Virus record (IMG/VR): IMGVR_UViG_3300035670_000053
Direction: 5' to 3' (one strand)
DNA length: 45,112 nucleotides
Source: a virus
A program made the translations under genes and the position numbers. The notes beneath the pieces were generated by a model. It ran no database searches and had not been told where the DNA came from. It saw only the letters and a program-made list of their open reading frames with translations. Below, one piece after another: positions 8,721 to 16,360 of the stretch. Each line of letters begins with the position of its first letter. Positions within the stretch are counted from its first letter, which is position 1.

Positions 8721-10496
8721 TTAAATTGGTGGAGTACCACCTGCTGGAGTTGCACCAGCACCACCCACACCACCAACAGGAGATCCATCAGCCCCAGTAG
8801 CCCCAGCACCTTCCATTCCACCTTCTTGACCAGTAATATCAGGCGGTGGAACGTTTGACTCCATACCACCTAAATCAGCCGCAATTCCACCAGAAGTTAT
8901 ACCAACACCCCGCAATCCAGAAGAATCTACTCCCTTATTTGCAGAATCAACATTTTCTTCTCTCCAAAGCATTTCATTTTCTGCAATCTCTTCAGCAGTC
9001 AAACCTAAGAATCTCTTTAATGCAAATCTTTTACTCATATATGGAATCTGGGAAATTAAATTGAAAGTATTTCCACGCTGAGTATCCATCTCTCCCTGAC
9101 GATATGATGCAAAATTTTGTGGGGGATTGAATTTAACATCAAAAAGATTACTATCTATATTAATTCCAGATTTGTGGAGATAATATTTAAATTCAGTATC
9201 AAAACTTTCGTTTAGTAAGCTTTGCAATCTTTCACAATACTTATTAAATCGTAATTCTTGAATATAAGCTGTGCCAACTCTACCATCATTGAAATTACTC
9301 CCCCCATCATCTGCGCCAGTTGGCAAATAAGAACTTGGAATACGTAAAGCTCTAAAAAGTTTATTGGTAAAATATTTTAAATCGTCAATCTCACCTAGAT
9401 TGGTACCACCCCGCAATATATCAACCTTACTTCCTCTGCCTTCAGCCGTCTGTGGGAAGAAATAATCTTCATTTATGGACAATGGATTGTATCCAGAATC
9501 AATAACTGTTTGACTTCCACCTGTATTGCTTGGTATTCTACGTTGATTTACTTCGTTTTTAACTCTTTCAACGAAACCCATAGCCAAATGGCTAGGCATA
9601 TTACCCACATCTATATAAAAAACTCTTCTTTCCGGCGCACGTTGAACTCGATATATAATAATAGCGTCTTCTAATAACTCTTTTTGTTTGAAGACTTTAA
9701 ATATACTCTCCATTAGACTATTACCAAATGGATAATTATTGTCCAATCCTTCACTCATCGATATGTGTATAACATGTTCTGCATTTATAGCATATTGATT
9801 TTGGTTTTGTTCAAATCTAGAACTGTTCGTACTAGTTGGAAATGCTCCTACCATACCTCTACTACCACCAGCACCGCCTTGACCAGTTCCATAACTGCCA
9901 CCAAACTGACTTCCACCACCATGAACATTACTAGGTTGTATAGCAGTAGCAGCCAAAGTTTCAAAGTTTGGATTCCAATCTCTAATAATATACTGCTCTG
10001 GCTTTTTACCATCACTTTCATTAACAATTATCTTATCAACTTTTGCAGGATCTACATACATCCATGTCATTGTTTCCGGATCACGTACAAAAAATACATC
10101 TCCATACTTGAATGCATTACGAACTATCTTGAACATTCTAATTTTAAATTTATTCAGCTTAGTCCATTTCTGCAAATACTTCTTTATTAGCTTAACTTCA
10201 GTACTTGTACCTTTATCTTTGAAAAATATTTGAAATGGAGTTCCATTTTCTGTATTTTCTTGAGTGCAAAACTCTGCAAGTATGTCCAAAGCAGCATTTA
10301 CTTCACTATCCCAGTCCATAGTGTCATATTGCCCATATCGTTCTAAACGATTTGGATGGCCTGAATACACATCTGGTAGGTAACTTGAGTAGTTTGTTCT
10401 AGATGGATTGGTGCTGTAATCACTCTTTCCACTTAAAACACTTAAATTCCCAGCAGTATTTTGTTTAGCTAGTGTAAAATATTTTTTCCAAGCCAT
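8721..10496 (-). CDS. gp20: Portal vertex protein (gp20-like)
   Basis: 'LLEDAIIIYRVQRAPERRVFYIDVGNMP', 'EDYFFP', 'GTNLGEIDDLKYF', 'LRIPSSYL', 'ELRFNKYCERLQ'. Confidence 0.96.
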   Translation of the reverse strand: MAWKKYFTLAKQNTAGNLSVLSGKSDYSTNPSRTNYSSYLPDVYSGHPNRLERYGQYDTMDWDSEVNAALDILAEFCTQENTENGTPFQIFFKDKGTSTEVKLIKKYLQKWTKLNKFKIRMFKIVRNAFKYGDVFFVRDPETMTWMYVDPAKVDKIIVNESDGKKPEQYIIRDWNPNFETLAATAIQPSNVHGGGSQFGGSYGTGQGGAGGSRGMVGAFPTSTNSSRFEQNQNQYAINAEHVIHISMSEGLDNNYPFGNSLMESIFKVFKQKELLEDAIIIYRVQRAPERRVFYIDVGNMPSHLAMGFVERVKNEVNQRRIPSNTGGSQTVIDSGYNPLSINEDYFFPQTAEGRGSKVDILRGGTNLGEIDDLKYFTNKLFRALRIPSSYLPTGADDGGSNFNDGRVGTAYIQELRFNKYCERLQSLLNESFDTEFKYYLHKSGINIDSNLFDVKFNPPQNFASYRQGEMDTQRGNTFNLISQIPYMSKRFALKRFLGLTAEEIAENEMLWREENVDSANKGVDSSGLRGVGITSGGIAADLGGMESNVPPPDITGQEGGMEGAGATGADGSPVGGVGGAGATPAGGTPPI

Positions 10497-10508
10497 TATT
10501 ATTCCTTA

Positions 10509-12785
10509 TTAAGCAACAGCGGCAAAACCGTCCCCACTAAGCCTATTGATGGCACTCACGGCTCTTGATGTATTATCATTATTCATTTGAGTATAGCGGA
10601 CTAGTTCGGTTAACCTAGTATTTAGGACATCAGCAAGTTCCTTATTAGAAGTTACAAGTTTGTTTACTACGTCCGGAGTTAGAACACCTAGTTTTTGGCC
10701 ATCAACTGTAGATCCAGTAGGTTCACTAGTAGTCGCAGGAGATGAACCTGCTGGTGGTTGAACTGCCGGTACAGTAGTTGTTGGGGTAGCTGGTTGATAT
10801 TCTTTTTTATATTTGTCAACAAGATCGGAAAATGTCATTGATCTAGCTGCTTTTTTAGCTTCCAAACCTTTTAATTTTTCTTCTAATTCTTTAGCCATTT
10901 TTTCTTGATCCGCTATTCGTATTCCAAAAGTTGATTTTCCTGCTGCCTTAGCTGCTTGAGCAGCTTCTAATTTTTTATTTACCTGAGCTAATTGTGCAGT
11001 AGTTTTTTCTATTTCTTTATCAACTGAAGATACCCCCGGAACAAATCTTTCAATAATTTCCATTGCGTAATCAGTAATTTTAGTAAACATTGCTAACAAT
11101 AATGGTGTAAATATAGAATTAAACCCTTGAATAACTCCATTGGCCGCTTCACTAACCACATTAGCGGTAAATGATCCAAAATCAAATGCAGCAGAAATCG
11201 TTCCAGTTATACCTTCTGCATCGAATATGGCTGTTAATTTATCATAAAAACCTTTTATTTTAGCTTTTAACTCATTAACTAACTCACCAGATTGAATTTT
11301 TTCATTTAAATTACTTAATGCTGCTCCCAATTCATCTGATAACTTAGTAACAAAATCACTTTTAAGCACATCTGTAATAGTACCAACAAATTGTCCAGTA
11401 AGTTTTGACATAGAACTTACAATAGGATCTAGTATTTTTTCACGTAACTCTAAAACCTTTGCACCTAACTCTTGAATTCTTTGCTGTGCTCCAGTTAATG
11501 CTACAGCCGATCCTTTTTCTAGGTCAGCTTGTTGTTTTTGTATTTTTTCTACAATTTGTGAAGCAGATAAACCTTTTGACAACCTATCATATTGACCTAA
11601 AGTTGAAGTAGCAGCTGCTTGAAGTCCACTTTGTGTTGTTGCATTAACTGCTAGTATTGCACGTTGATCTTCATTAAACTGTCTTAAATTTACAGCTGCC
11701 TCTTTGCCTAATGCAATTGTCTCTAGGTGAACTGCCTCTGCCTTTTTTCCATTGTTTACTGATTCCATAATTTGTTCAACAAATTTTGTAGTAGCACCAG
11801 AGGTCATAACGTCCATAGTTCGTTGACCATCTGTTAGTGGAGCAATAACACCTGACTGAAGTGAGGTTCTAACTTGTTCGGCAACATCTTTACCAAATAT
11901 TGCTCTAGCAGAATCAACCGCTTGACGCGCCGCAGCAGCTTTTGTTGCATCTAATGAAGCCAAGTATTGTTGAAAACTTTCTTCAGCAGCAACTTCTGCG
12001 GCTTCTTTTTCTATTTGTTCTTTTCTTTTACCTGTTATTTTGCTTAAAGAATCTAAATTTCTAGCATATGATATGGTTCCTTCCAGTATAACTTTATCAT
12101 TCATTAATGATTCTTTATTCATAGCTCCTTGTGTACGCATATATCCAGCTAATGCGTCTGCCGCACCTTGAGAACCACCAGTTAATGCGTTTATAGTTTT
12201 AGCATATGTACTTTTTTCACCCAACATTTGGTTCTGTATGTCAACGAATCTAGTCATACCAGTCTGTACAGAACCACCCATTAATCTAAAAACATCAGTA
12301 TTATTCTTTACGACATTGGCAAATTGATCCATTGTCATATATGCCTTGCCCGCAGTGGTAGCAACATTCATCAATGAACCATTAAAAGTTGCTCCAACAT
12401 TTATTAAATCATTATATACCTTCTGATTACCTTCAAACTCTTTACTTATTTCAGCAATTTTTAATGCAAATCCCTGAAATACTCCATCTTTTGGTAATAA
12501 ACTAGCCAATGATGTATAAAAACTAGATAAAGAAACTCCAGTATTACTAGATTGTGCACCTAAATCATAAACTGCTTTAACAGAAGATCCAACCGCTTTT
12601 GCTATCTGTTTAAATTTATCTGTTAAATCTTTACCTTCCTCACCAAGACCACCTAAACTATCTGACGCATCAGCAATACCAGACGTATCTGCCCCCATTT
12701 TGTTAGCCATTCTAATAATGGCTTGGGCCATTGTTCTATTATTAACTAATAGCTCATTTAACGTAGCTTCGGTTGCTGCACTCAT
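10509..12785 (-). CDS. Tail tape-measure-like protein (gp29 analogue)
   Basis: 758 aa, Ala/Lys/Gln-rich helical; 'LDSLSKITGKRKEQI' type segment; divergent from a putative chaperone/hub pair. Confidence 0.7.
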   Translation of the reverse strand: MSAATEATLNELLVNNRTMAQAIIRMANKMGADTSGIADASDSLGGLGEEGKDLTDKFKQIAKAVGSSVKAVYDLGAQSSNTGVSLSSFYTSLASLLPKDGVFQGFALKIAEISKEFEGNQKVYNDLINVGATFNGSLMNVATTAGKAYMTMDQFANVVKNNTDVFRLMGGSVQTGMTRFVDIQNQMLGEKSTYAKTINALTGGSQGAADALAGYMRTQGAMNKESLMNDKVILEGTISYARNLDSLSKITGKRKEQIEKEAAEVAAEESFQQYLASLDATKAAAARQAVDSARAIFGKDVAEQVRTSLQSGVIAPLTDGQRTMDVMTSGATTKFVEQIMESVNNGKKAEAVHLETIALGKEAAVNLRQFNEDQRAILAVNATTQSGLQAAATSTLGQYDRLSKGLSASQIVEKIQKQQADLEKGSAVALTGAQQRIQELGAKVLELREKILDPIVSSMSKLTGQFVGTITDVLKSDFVTKLSDELGAALSNLNEKIQSGELVNELKAKIKGFYDKLTAIFDAEGITGTISAAFDFGSFTANVVSEAANGVIQGFNSIFTPLLLAMFTKITDYAMEIIERFVPGVSSVDKEIEKTTAQLAQVNKKLEAAQAAKAAGKSTFGIRIADQEKMAKELEEKLKGLEAKKAARSMTFSDLVDKYKKEYQPATPTTTVPAVQPPAGSSPATTSEPTGSTVDGQKLGVLTPDVVNKLVTSNKELADVLNTRLTELVRYTQMNNDNTSRAVSAINRLSGDGFAAVA

Positions 12786-12811
12786 AGTTTAAATTACCAA
12801 TTATCCCCGTA

Positions 12812-12819
12812 TATAAATA
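12812..12819 (+). promoter_or_regulatory. T4-type late promoter TATAAATA for the gp26-like gene
   Basis: Perfect consensus upstream of RBS GGAG and ATG 12862. Confidence 0.7.
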
Positions 12820-12842
12820 GATGTTACACTACTACTATTGTT

Positions 12843-12850
12843 TATTTATC
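12843..12850 (-). promoter_or_regulatory. Late promoter GATAAATA for the tape-measure/portal transcript
   Basis: TAAATA core on the minus strand upstream of ATG 12785. Confidence 0.55.
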
Positions 12851-12861
12851 GGAGTTAATCA

Positions 12862-13734
12862 ATGAACGCAAATCAATTATCCAACAACCCGTTGTTTAGT
12901 TTTATGAGACAACCAAAAATTTACATAAAACTGCCTAGCAGAGGAAATTATTGGGAACCAAACAGTTTGGATATACCAGAATCAGGAGAAATTCCAGTTT
13001 ATTCAATGACAGCAAAAGATGAATTAACTTTTAAAACACCTGATGCCTTAATGAACGGCCAAGCAATAGCAGATGTTATTCAAAGTTGTGTACCATGCAT
13101 AAAAAATGCATGGGCAATACCAACAACTGATATTGATTATATTTTAATAGCAATAAGATTAGCCACGTATGGTGATAAAATGCAAATATCCCATACCATA
13201 CCAAATATTGACGAGGAAGTAGAACATTATTTGGATCTACGTGTAGTTCTAGATCAACAAAGTGAATGTACTTGGATAGATCAAATAATAATAAATGAAA
13301 ATTTTATTATATTTGTAAAACCACTAACATTTAAACACGTTACCCATATTGGTTTGAAACAATTTGAAACCAATAAGATTTTAAATATAGTTAATAATCA
13401 AGAACTAAGTGAAGAGGATAAAACTCAACTGTTCAAACAAAGCTTTGAAAAATTAACACAAATTACAATTGACCTAGTTAGTGATAGCATAGATAAAATA
13501 TATGCCAATGGTCAAATAGTTATAGATAGAAAATTTATTAAAGAATTTGTCACAAATGCCGATAAAGAAATATTTGACAAAATTCAAACTCATCTAGGTG
13601 AGCTTAAGAAAGCAAATGAATTAAAACCATTATTTTTTGAAACTACAGAGGAACAGAGACAGAGAGGTGCACCAGAATCCTATAGTGTTCCTATTAACTT
13701 TAATAATTCTGATTTTTTCGGCAACGGCTTTTGA
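12862..13734 (+). CDS. gp26: Baseplate hub assembly / tail assembly chaperone (T4 gp26-like)
   Basis: 'PKIYIKLPSRG', 'MTAKDE', 'DIDYILIAIRLATYG', ends '...DFF'. Confidence 0.8.
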   Translation: MNANQLSNNPLFSFMRQPKIYIKLPSRGNYWEPNSLDIPESGEIPVYSMTAKDELTFKTPDALMNGQAIADVIQSCVPCIKNAWAIPTTDIDYILIAIRLATYGDKMQISHTIPNIDEEVEHYLDLRVVLDQQSECTWIDQIIINENFIIFVKPLTFKHVTHIGLKQFETNKILNIVNNQELSEEDKTQLFKQSFEKLTQITIDLVSDSIDKIYANGQIVIDRKFIKEFVTNADKEIFDKIQTHLGELKKANELKPLFFETTEEQRQRGAPESYSVPINFNNSDFFGNGF

Positions 13735-13949
13735 GTCTTTCTCTTGAAGAGATAGAATCTGAAATCAATAAATTTGATAAAGATTCAAAAGCCTTAAAGA
13801 AAGAAATATTTAAAATAGCTTGGTTTATGAGAGGGTCAGTAGACATAGACCAAGCATTTGCCCTATCCTATGATGATAGAGTAATAATAAATGAAATTAT
13901 TCAAGAAAATATAAAATTGACCCAAGAAACTAGCATACCTTTTATTTAA
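13731..13949 (+). CDS. gp51: gp51-like hub assembly protein, possibly expressed as a -1 frameshift extension of gp26
   Basis: 'IAWFMRG...AFALSYDDRVII'; weak TTG start with no RBS; lies in the -1 frame just after T-TTT-TTC. Confidence 0.65.
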   Translation: MSLSLEEIESEINKFDKDSKALKKEIFKIAWFMRGSVDIDQAFALSYDDRVIINEIIQENIKLTQETSIPFI

Positions 13950-14485
13950 GGCATACTTCTGTACTTATTGGTTAGATTTCTCAGTAAATCATATAAATCA
14001 CTCTTACTCAGAGATCCTGCATATGATGTTAATGTTCTTACCCCTTTAGGACCTGTGAAACTTCTAGTGGTTGGAGTAGCAGGCACTCCTAATTGAGTTC
14101 CCAATTTTGGTTTACCTGCTGGTACTGCACCCGCTGCACGATAGGTTTGATTGGCAACTTTAGTCCATAAATCTCGGGTGACTGTATTATCAGACATATC
14201 ATAGGAAGTTACCCCTTTATGATCATAATTTGGTAAGCCATGTGCATTAAGGAAGTCATCTATATCTACATCTTTAATATTTTCCAGATCTAAACCGGAT
14301 CTTCTTGCCCATCCATTAAATGCCTTTTCAAATCGGTTAGCTCTTTTACCTACATCTAGTCTTGCTTGTGCACTTGATGATCCCAACTTAGATAATGCGC
14401 CATAACCTAATCTTGCACCAATACCCATAGGTGTTGTGCCTAATTCATCAATTTGTTCTTCATTTAATACATCTGAGAGTTTCAT
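13946..14485 (-). CDS. Hypothetical late protein, possible internal head protein
   Basis: 179 aa; RBS AAGGA; TATAAATA at 14511-14518; N-terminus 'MKLSDVLNEEQIDE' resembles gp21-cleaved propeptides. Confidence 0.7.
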   Translation of the reverse strand: MKLSDVLNEEQIDELGTTPMGIGARLGYGALSKLGSSSAQARLDVGKRANRFEKAFNGWARRSGLDLENIKDVDIDDFLNAHGLPNYDHKGVTSYDMSDNTVTRDLWTKVANQTYRAAGAVPAGKPKLGTQLGVPATPTTRSFTGPKGVRTLTSYAGSLSKSDLYDLLRNLTNKYRSMP

Positions 14486-14510
14486 TGGTAATTCCTTGAA
14501 ATAATGAAAT

Positions 14511-14518
14511 TATTTATA
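14511..14518 (-). promoter_or_regulatory. T4-type late promoter TATAAATA
   Basis: Perfect consensus upstream of ATG 14485. Confidence 0.65.
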
Positions 14519-14577
14519 CGTATTTAGTTGTAAATCAATAATTAGGGCATATGGGTAAAGTTGGGGGCTCTGTGGAG

Positions 14578-14642
14578 TTAAGTGGCCGAAAAAGAGGGGG
14601 GGGGTACTAATATATATACACCCGGTGTTTTCGGCTACTTAA
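14578..14642. repeat. Cruciform/hairpin unit 1
   Basis: TTAAGTGGCCGAAAA ... TTTTCGGCTACTTAA, a 15-bp stem with one G-T pair; loop holds a G9 tract, TACTAATATATATAC and GGTG. Confidence 0.9.
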
Positions 14643-14663
14643 TGGCTCAGATATGTGATAATG

Positions 14664-14733
14664 GACTCTATATAGAAGCGAACTTCGTTCGCTTGCTTTT
14701 CGCTATCGCTCAAGCAATTTTTCTTTTTTCTTT
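14664..14733. repeat. 70-bp perfect direct repeat, copy 1
   Basis: GACTCTATATAGAAGCGAACTTCGTTCGCTTGCTTTTCGCTATCGCTCAAGCAATTTTTCTTTTTTCTTT, identical to 15113-15182. Confidence 0.95.
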
Positions 14734-14740
14734 TATTGAG

Positions 14741-14798
14741 CAGGTGGTTGAAAAAGGGGGGTATACTAATATATATACTAGGTGTTTTCAACCACCTG
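14741..14798. repeat. Cruciform/hairpin unit 2
   Basis: CAGGTGGTTGAAAA ... TTTTCAACCACCTG, a perfect 14-bp stem; loop holds a G6 tract, TACTAATATATATAC and GGTG. Confidence 0.9.
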
Positions 14799-14908
14799 GT
14801 GTTCTATATCAATCAATTCCTCTATATCTCTTATGTAAATGAAAAAAGGCACTCCGATAGGGATATCCGAGGGCCGAACTTAATGGGTAGGTGTTCCATT
14901 AGATCTCC

Positions 14909-14966
14909 AGGTCGGTGAAACACCTCATGATAATAATATATATATCAAACCCATTCTCACCGACCT
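14909..14966. repeat. Cruciform/hairpin unit 3 (inverted orientation)
   Basis: AGGTCGGTGA ... TCACCGACCT, a perfect 10-bp stem; loop read on the minus strand is GGG..ATATATAT..GGTGTT. Confidence 0.8.
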
Positions 14967-15112
14967 AAAGCCATCTAGAAGTAATAGGTGTTCTCAAGAA
15001 GGAATCATATTAACTTATAGGGATTGATCATCATTCTTCTCAATAAGGTACTTAGTTAGAAATATCAAGGGATGGAATTTAATTAGTCAGGTATTTAATT
15101 ATGGACTCAGTA

Positions 15113-15182
15113 GACTCTATATAGAAGCGAACTTCGTTCGCTTGCTTTTCGCTATCGCTCAAGCAATTTTTCTTTTTTCTTT
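15113..15182. repeat. 70-bp perfect direct repeat, copy 2
   Basis: Identical to 14664-14733; offset 449 bp. Confidence 0.95.
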
Positions 15183-15209
15183 AATAGTGAAATATAGATA
15201 ATTATCAAA

Positions 15210-15595
15210 TAGTGCTTCATCTAGATTTTATGGACGAACTTCGGCCTAGCTAGACCGAAGTTCTCTTCCATGTAACTTCATCTGAGTTTCACGGACCATA
15301 ATATTACAGCGATTACAGTGGCGGTCGTCCGGTACCACGAGCTGCGTCTTCATACGACGGCGGCTAACAAAAACTATTATGAGCGTTAATGTTAGCGTGG
15401 GCCTTTTAGCCCTCATTTTTAGCCTTTTAACCTGTTCAAACATCCAAAGCACGGCATTAGTGCTCTTCGTCCTGTTAAGGATAGTGAATGAGTACTCTTT
15501 CGGCAGAGATTTTACGTCCCAGTGATCCTAAATCCTGTTGTCATGTACGTCCGAAATTAGCCGACGCTAGCCATTACCGAATTTTTTGCCTTAAT
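15210..15595 (-). ncRNA. Putative large structured non-coding RNA immediately downstream of the GIY-YIG gene (family not recognised)
   Basis: About 45% GC by hand count over 15241-15600, well above the AT-rich flanks; at least 8 stem-loops; stem mismatches become G-U pairs on the minus strand; boundaries approximate. Confidence 0.6.
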
Positions 15596-15604
15596 GTGAT
15601 TATT

Positions 15605-16030
15605 TTAGGATTTTAATATATGTGAGCCATGAACTCTTACTTGAATATTGTTATTGTAATATTCTTTAGATTCTAAAACGCCATAATGAAATTGTAATTT
15701 TGCCTCGATGTAACTGCATTCTGATTTTGAGTTACAGTATTGTAGAATTTCTCTTTTAAAGTTTTCTTTGCCTAGTAGTTCTATATCTTTTAATAATTCT
15801 AATGATGAGCCATAATAGTCTTGCCAGTCTGATTGTATTTTAGACTTTATTTTTTTTCTTTTTTTGGTGCCGTTTTTGAGTTTTACTACTTTGTATGATG
15901 TTTTTGTAAATTGAGCCAGTTTTTTGCCAATGTATTTTCTGCCAGAAGTCAAGTTGGTTATCAAATAGACAAACCCAACACATGTGTCGGGTAATTCTTC
16001 TACAACTTGATCCTTAAAGTGCCATGTCAT
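15605..16030 (-). CDS. Minimal GIY-YIG (Seg-like) endonuclease
   Basis: 'GFVYLITN..SGRKYIGKK', 'YYGSS', 'FKREIL', 'YIEAKLQ', 'YYN'; no C-terminal DNA-binding extension. Confidence 0.88.
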   Translation of the reverse strand: MTWHFKDQVVEELPDTCVGFVYLITNLTSGRKYIGKKLAQFTKTSYKVVKLKNGTKKRKKIKSKIQSDWQDYYGSSLELLKDIELLGKENFKREILQYCNSKSECSYIEAKLQFHYGVLESKEYYNNNIQVRVHGSHILKS

Positions 16031-16359
16031 TTTATCTTATACGCTGCCCGTTCCATACTTGCTTTTCTAAAATTTGCTCTAATTCTAGTTTTTTGGTTTA
16101 TAGATAATTTTTTTCTTTTATCTTCTCTTACTATACCCTGCTCTGCCAGTTGCCTAGCATGTTCTCTAGAAGCATCTAGAATCATTCTTCTCATGTGAAT
16201 TGACAATCTAGAAATTTTTCGCAAGGTACGTCTTACTTTAAAAGCAGCGTTCTTATTCAAATCCTGACTTACTTTTATATTATTATTATGTAGTTCTACA
16301 AATGATTGCACCATTTCTTCATACAGTTTTAAATAATATTCAAAGTCAGAATTCTTCAT
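16027..16359 (-). CDS. Small basic helical protein, possibly histone H1-like Hc1 family nucleic-acid-binding
   Basis: 110 aa, Arg/Lys-rich; 'NKNAAFKVRRTLRKISRL' resembles the Hc1-like N-K-A-A-x-x-R-x-R-K pattern; ATGA overlap with the GIY-YIG start. Confidence 0.55.
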   Translation of the reverse strand: MKNSDFEYYLKLYEEMVQSFVELHNNNIKVSQDLNKNAAFKVRRTLRKISRLSIHMRRMILDASREHARQLAEQGIVREDKRKKLSINQKTRIRANFRKASMERAAYKIK

Positions 16360-16360
16360 G

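Noticed and set aside
14582-14918. ORF-track calls 14582..14842 and 14736..14918
   Set aside because: They run through hairpins, G-tracts and the 70-bp repeat. Their internal peptide repeat only mirrors the DNA repeat units, the starts are GTG/TTG, and the composition is atypical.
14578-14966. Integron attC sites or IS ends
   Set aside because: No RYYYAAC/GTTRRRY boundaries, and no integrase, transposase or target-site duplication in the window.
14664-15182. CRISPR array
   Set aside because: Only two copies of a 70-bp repeat with a 379-bp gap; wrong dimensions, and no cas genes in the window.
15213-15292. Hammerhead ribozyme (minus strand GAAACTCAGATGAAG ... CTAGATGAAG)
   Set aside because: Only a superficial resemblance; the CUGANGA core is not intact. 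The repeated AGATGAAG flanking the long hairpin is still noted.
15246-15452. 68-aa minus-strand ORF inside the structured region
   Set aside because: GTG start with no RBS and GC content unlike the phage genes; better explained as a chance ORF within a structured RNA, though not formally excluded.
15210-15595. tRNA, tmRNA or RNase P RNA
   Set aside because: No T-loop GTTCRA with acceptor stem, no tmRNA ends and no RNase P GAGGAAAGUCC signature seen.
15210-16030. Group I intron carrying the GIY-YIG gene
   Set aside because: No interrupted host gene is evident (flanking ORFs are complete) and I could not find the P7 R/S consensus. A covariance-model search is needed to exclude it fully.
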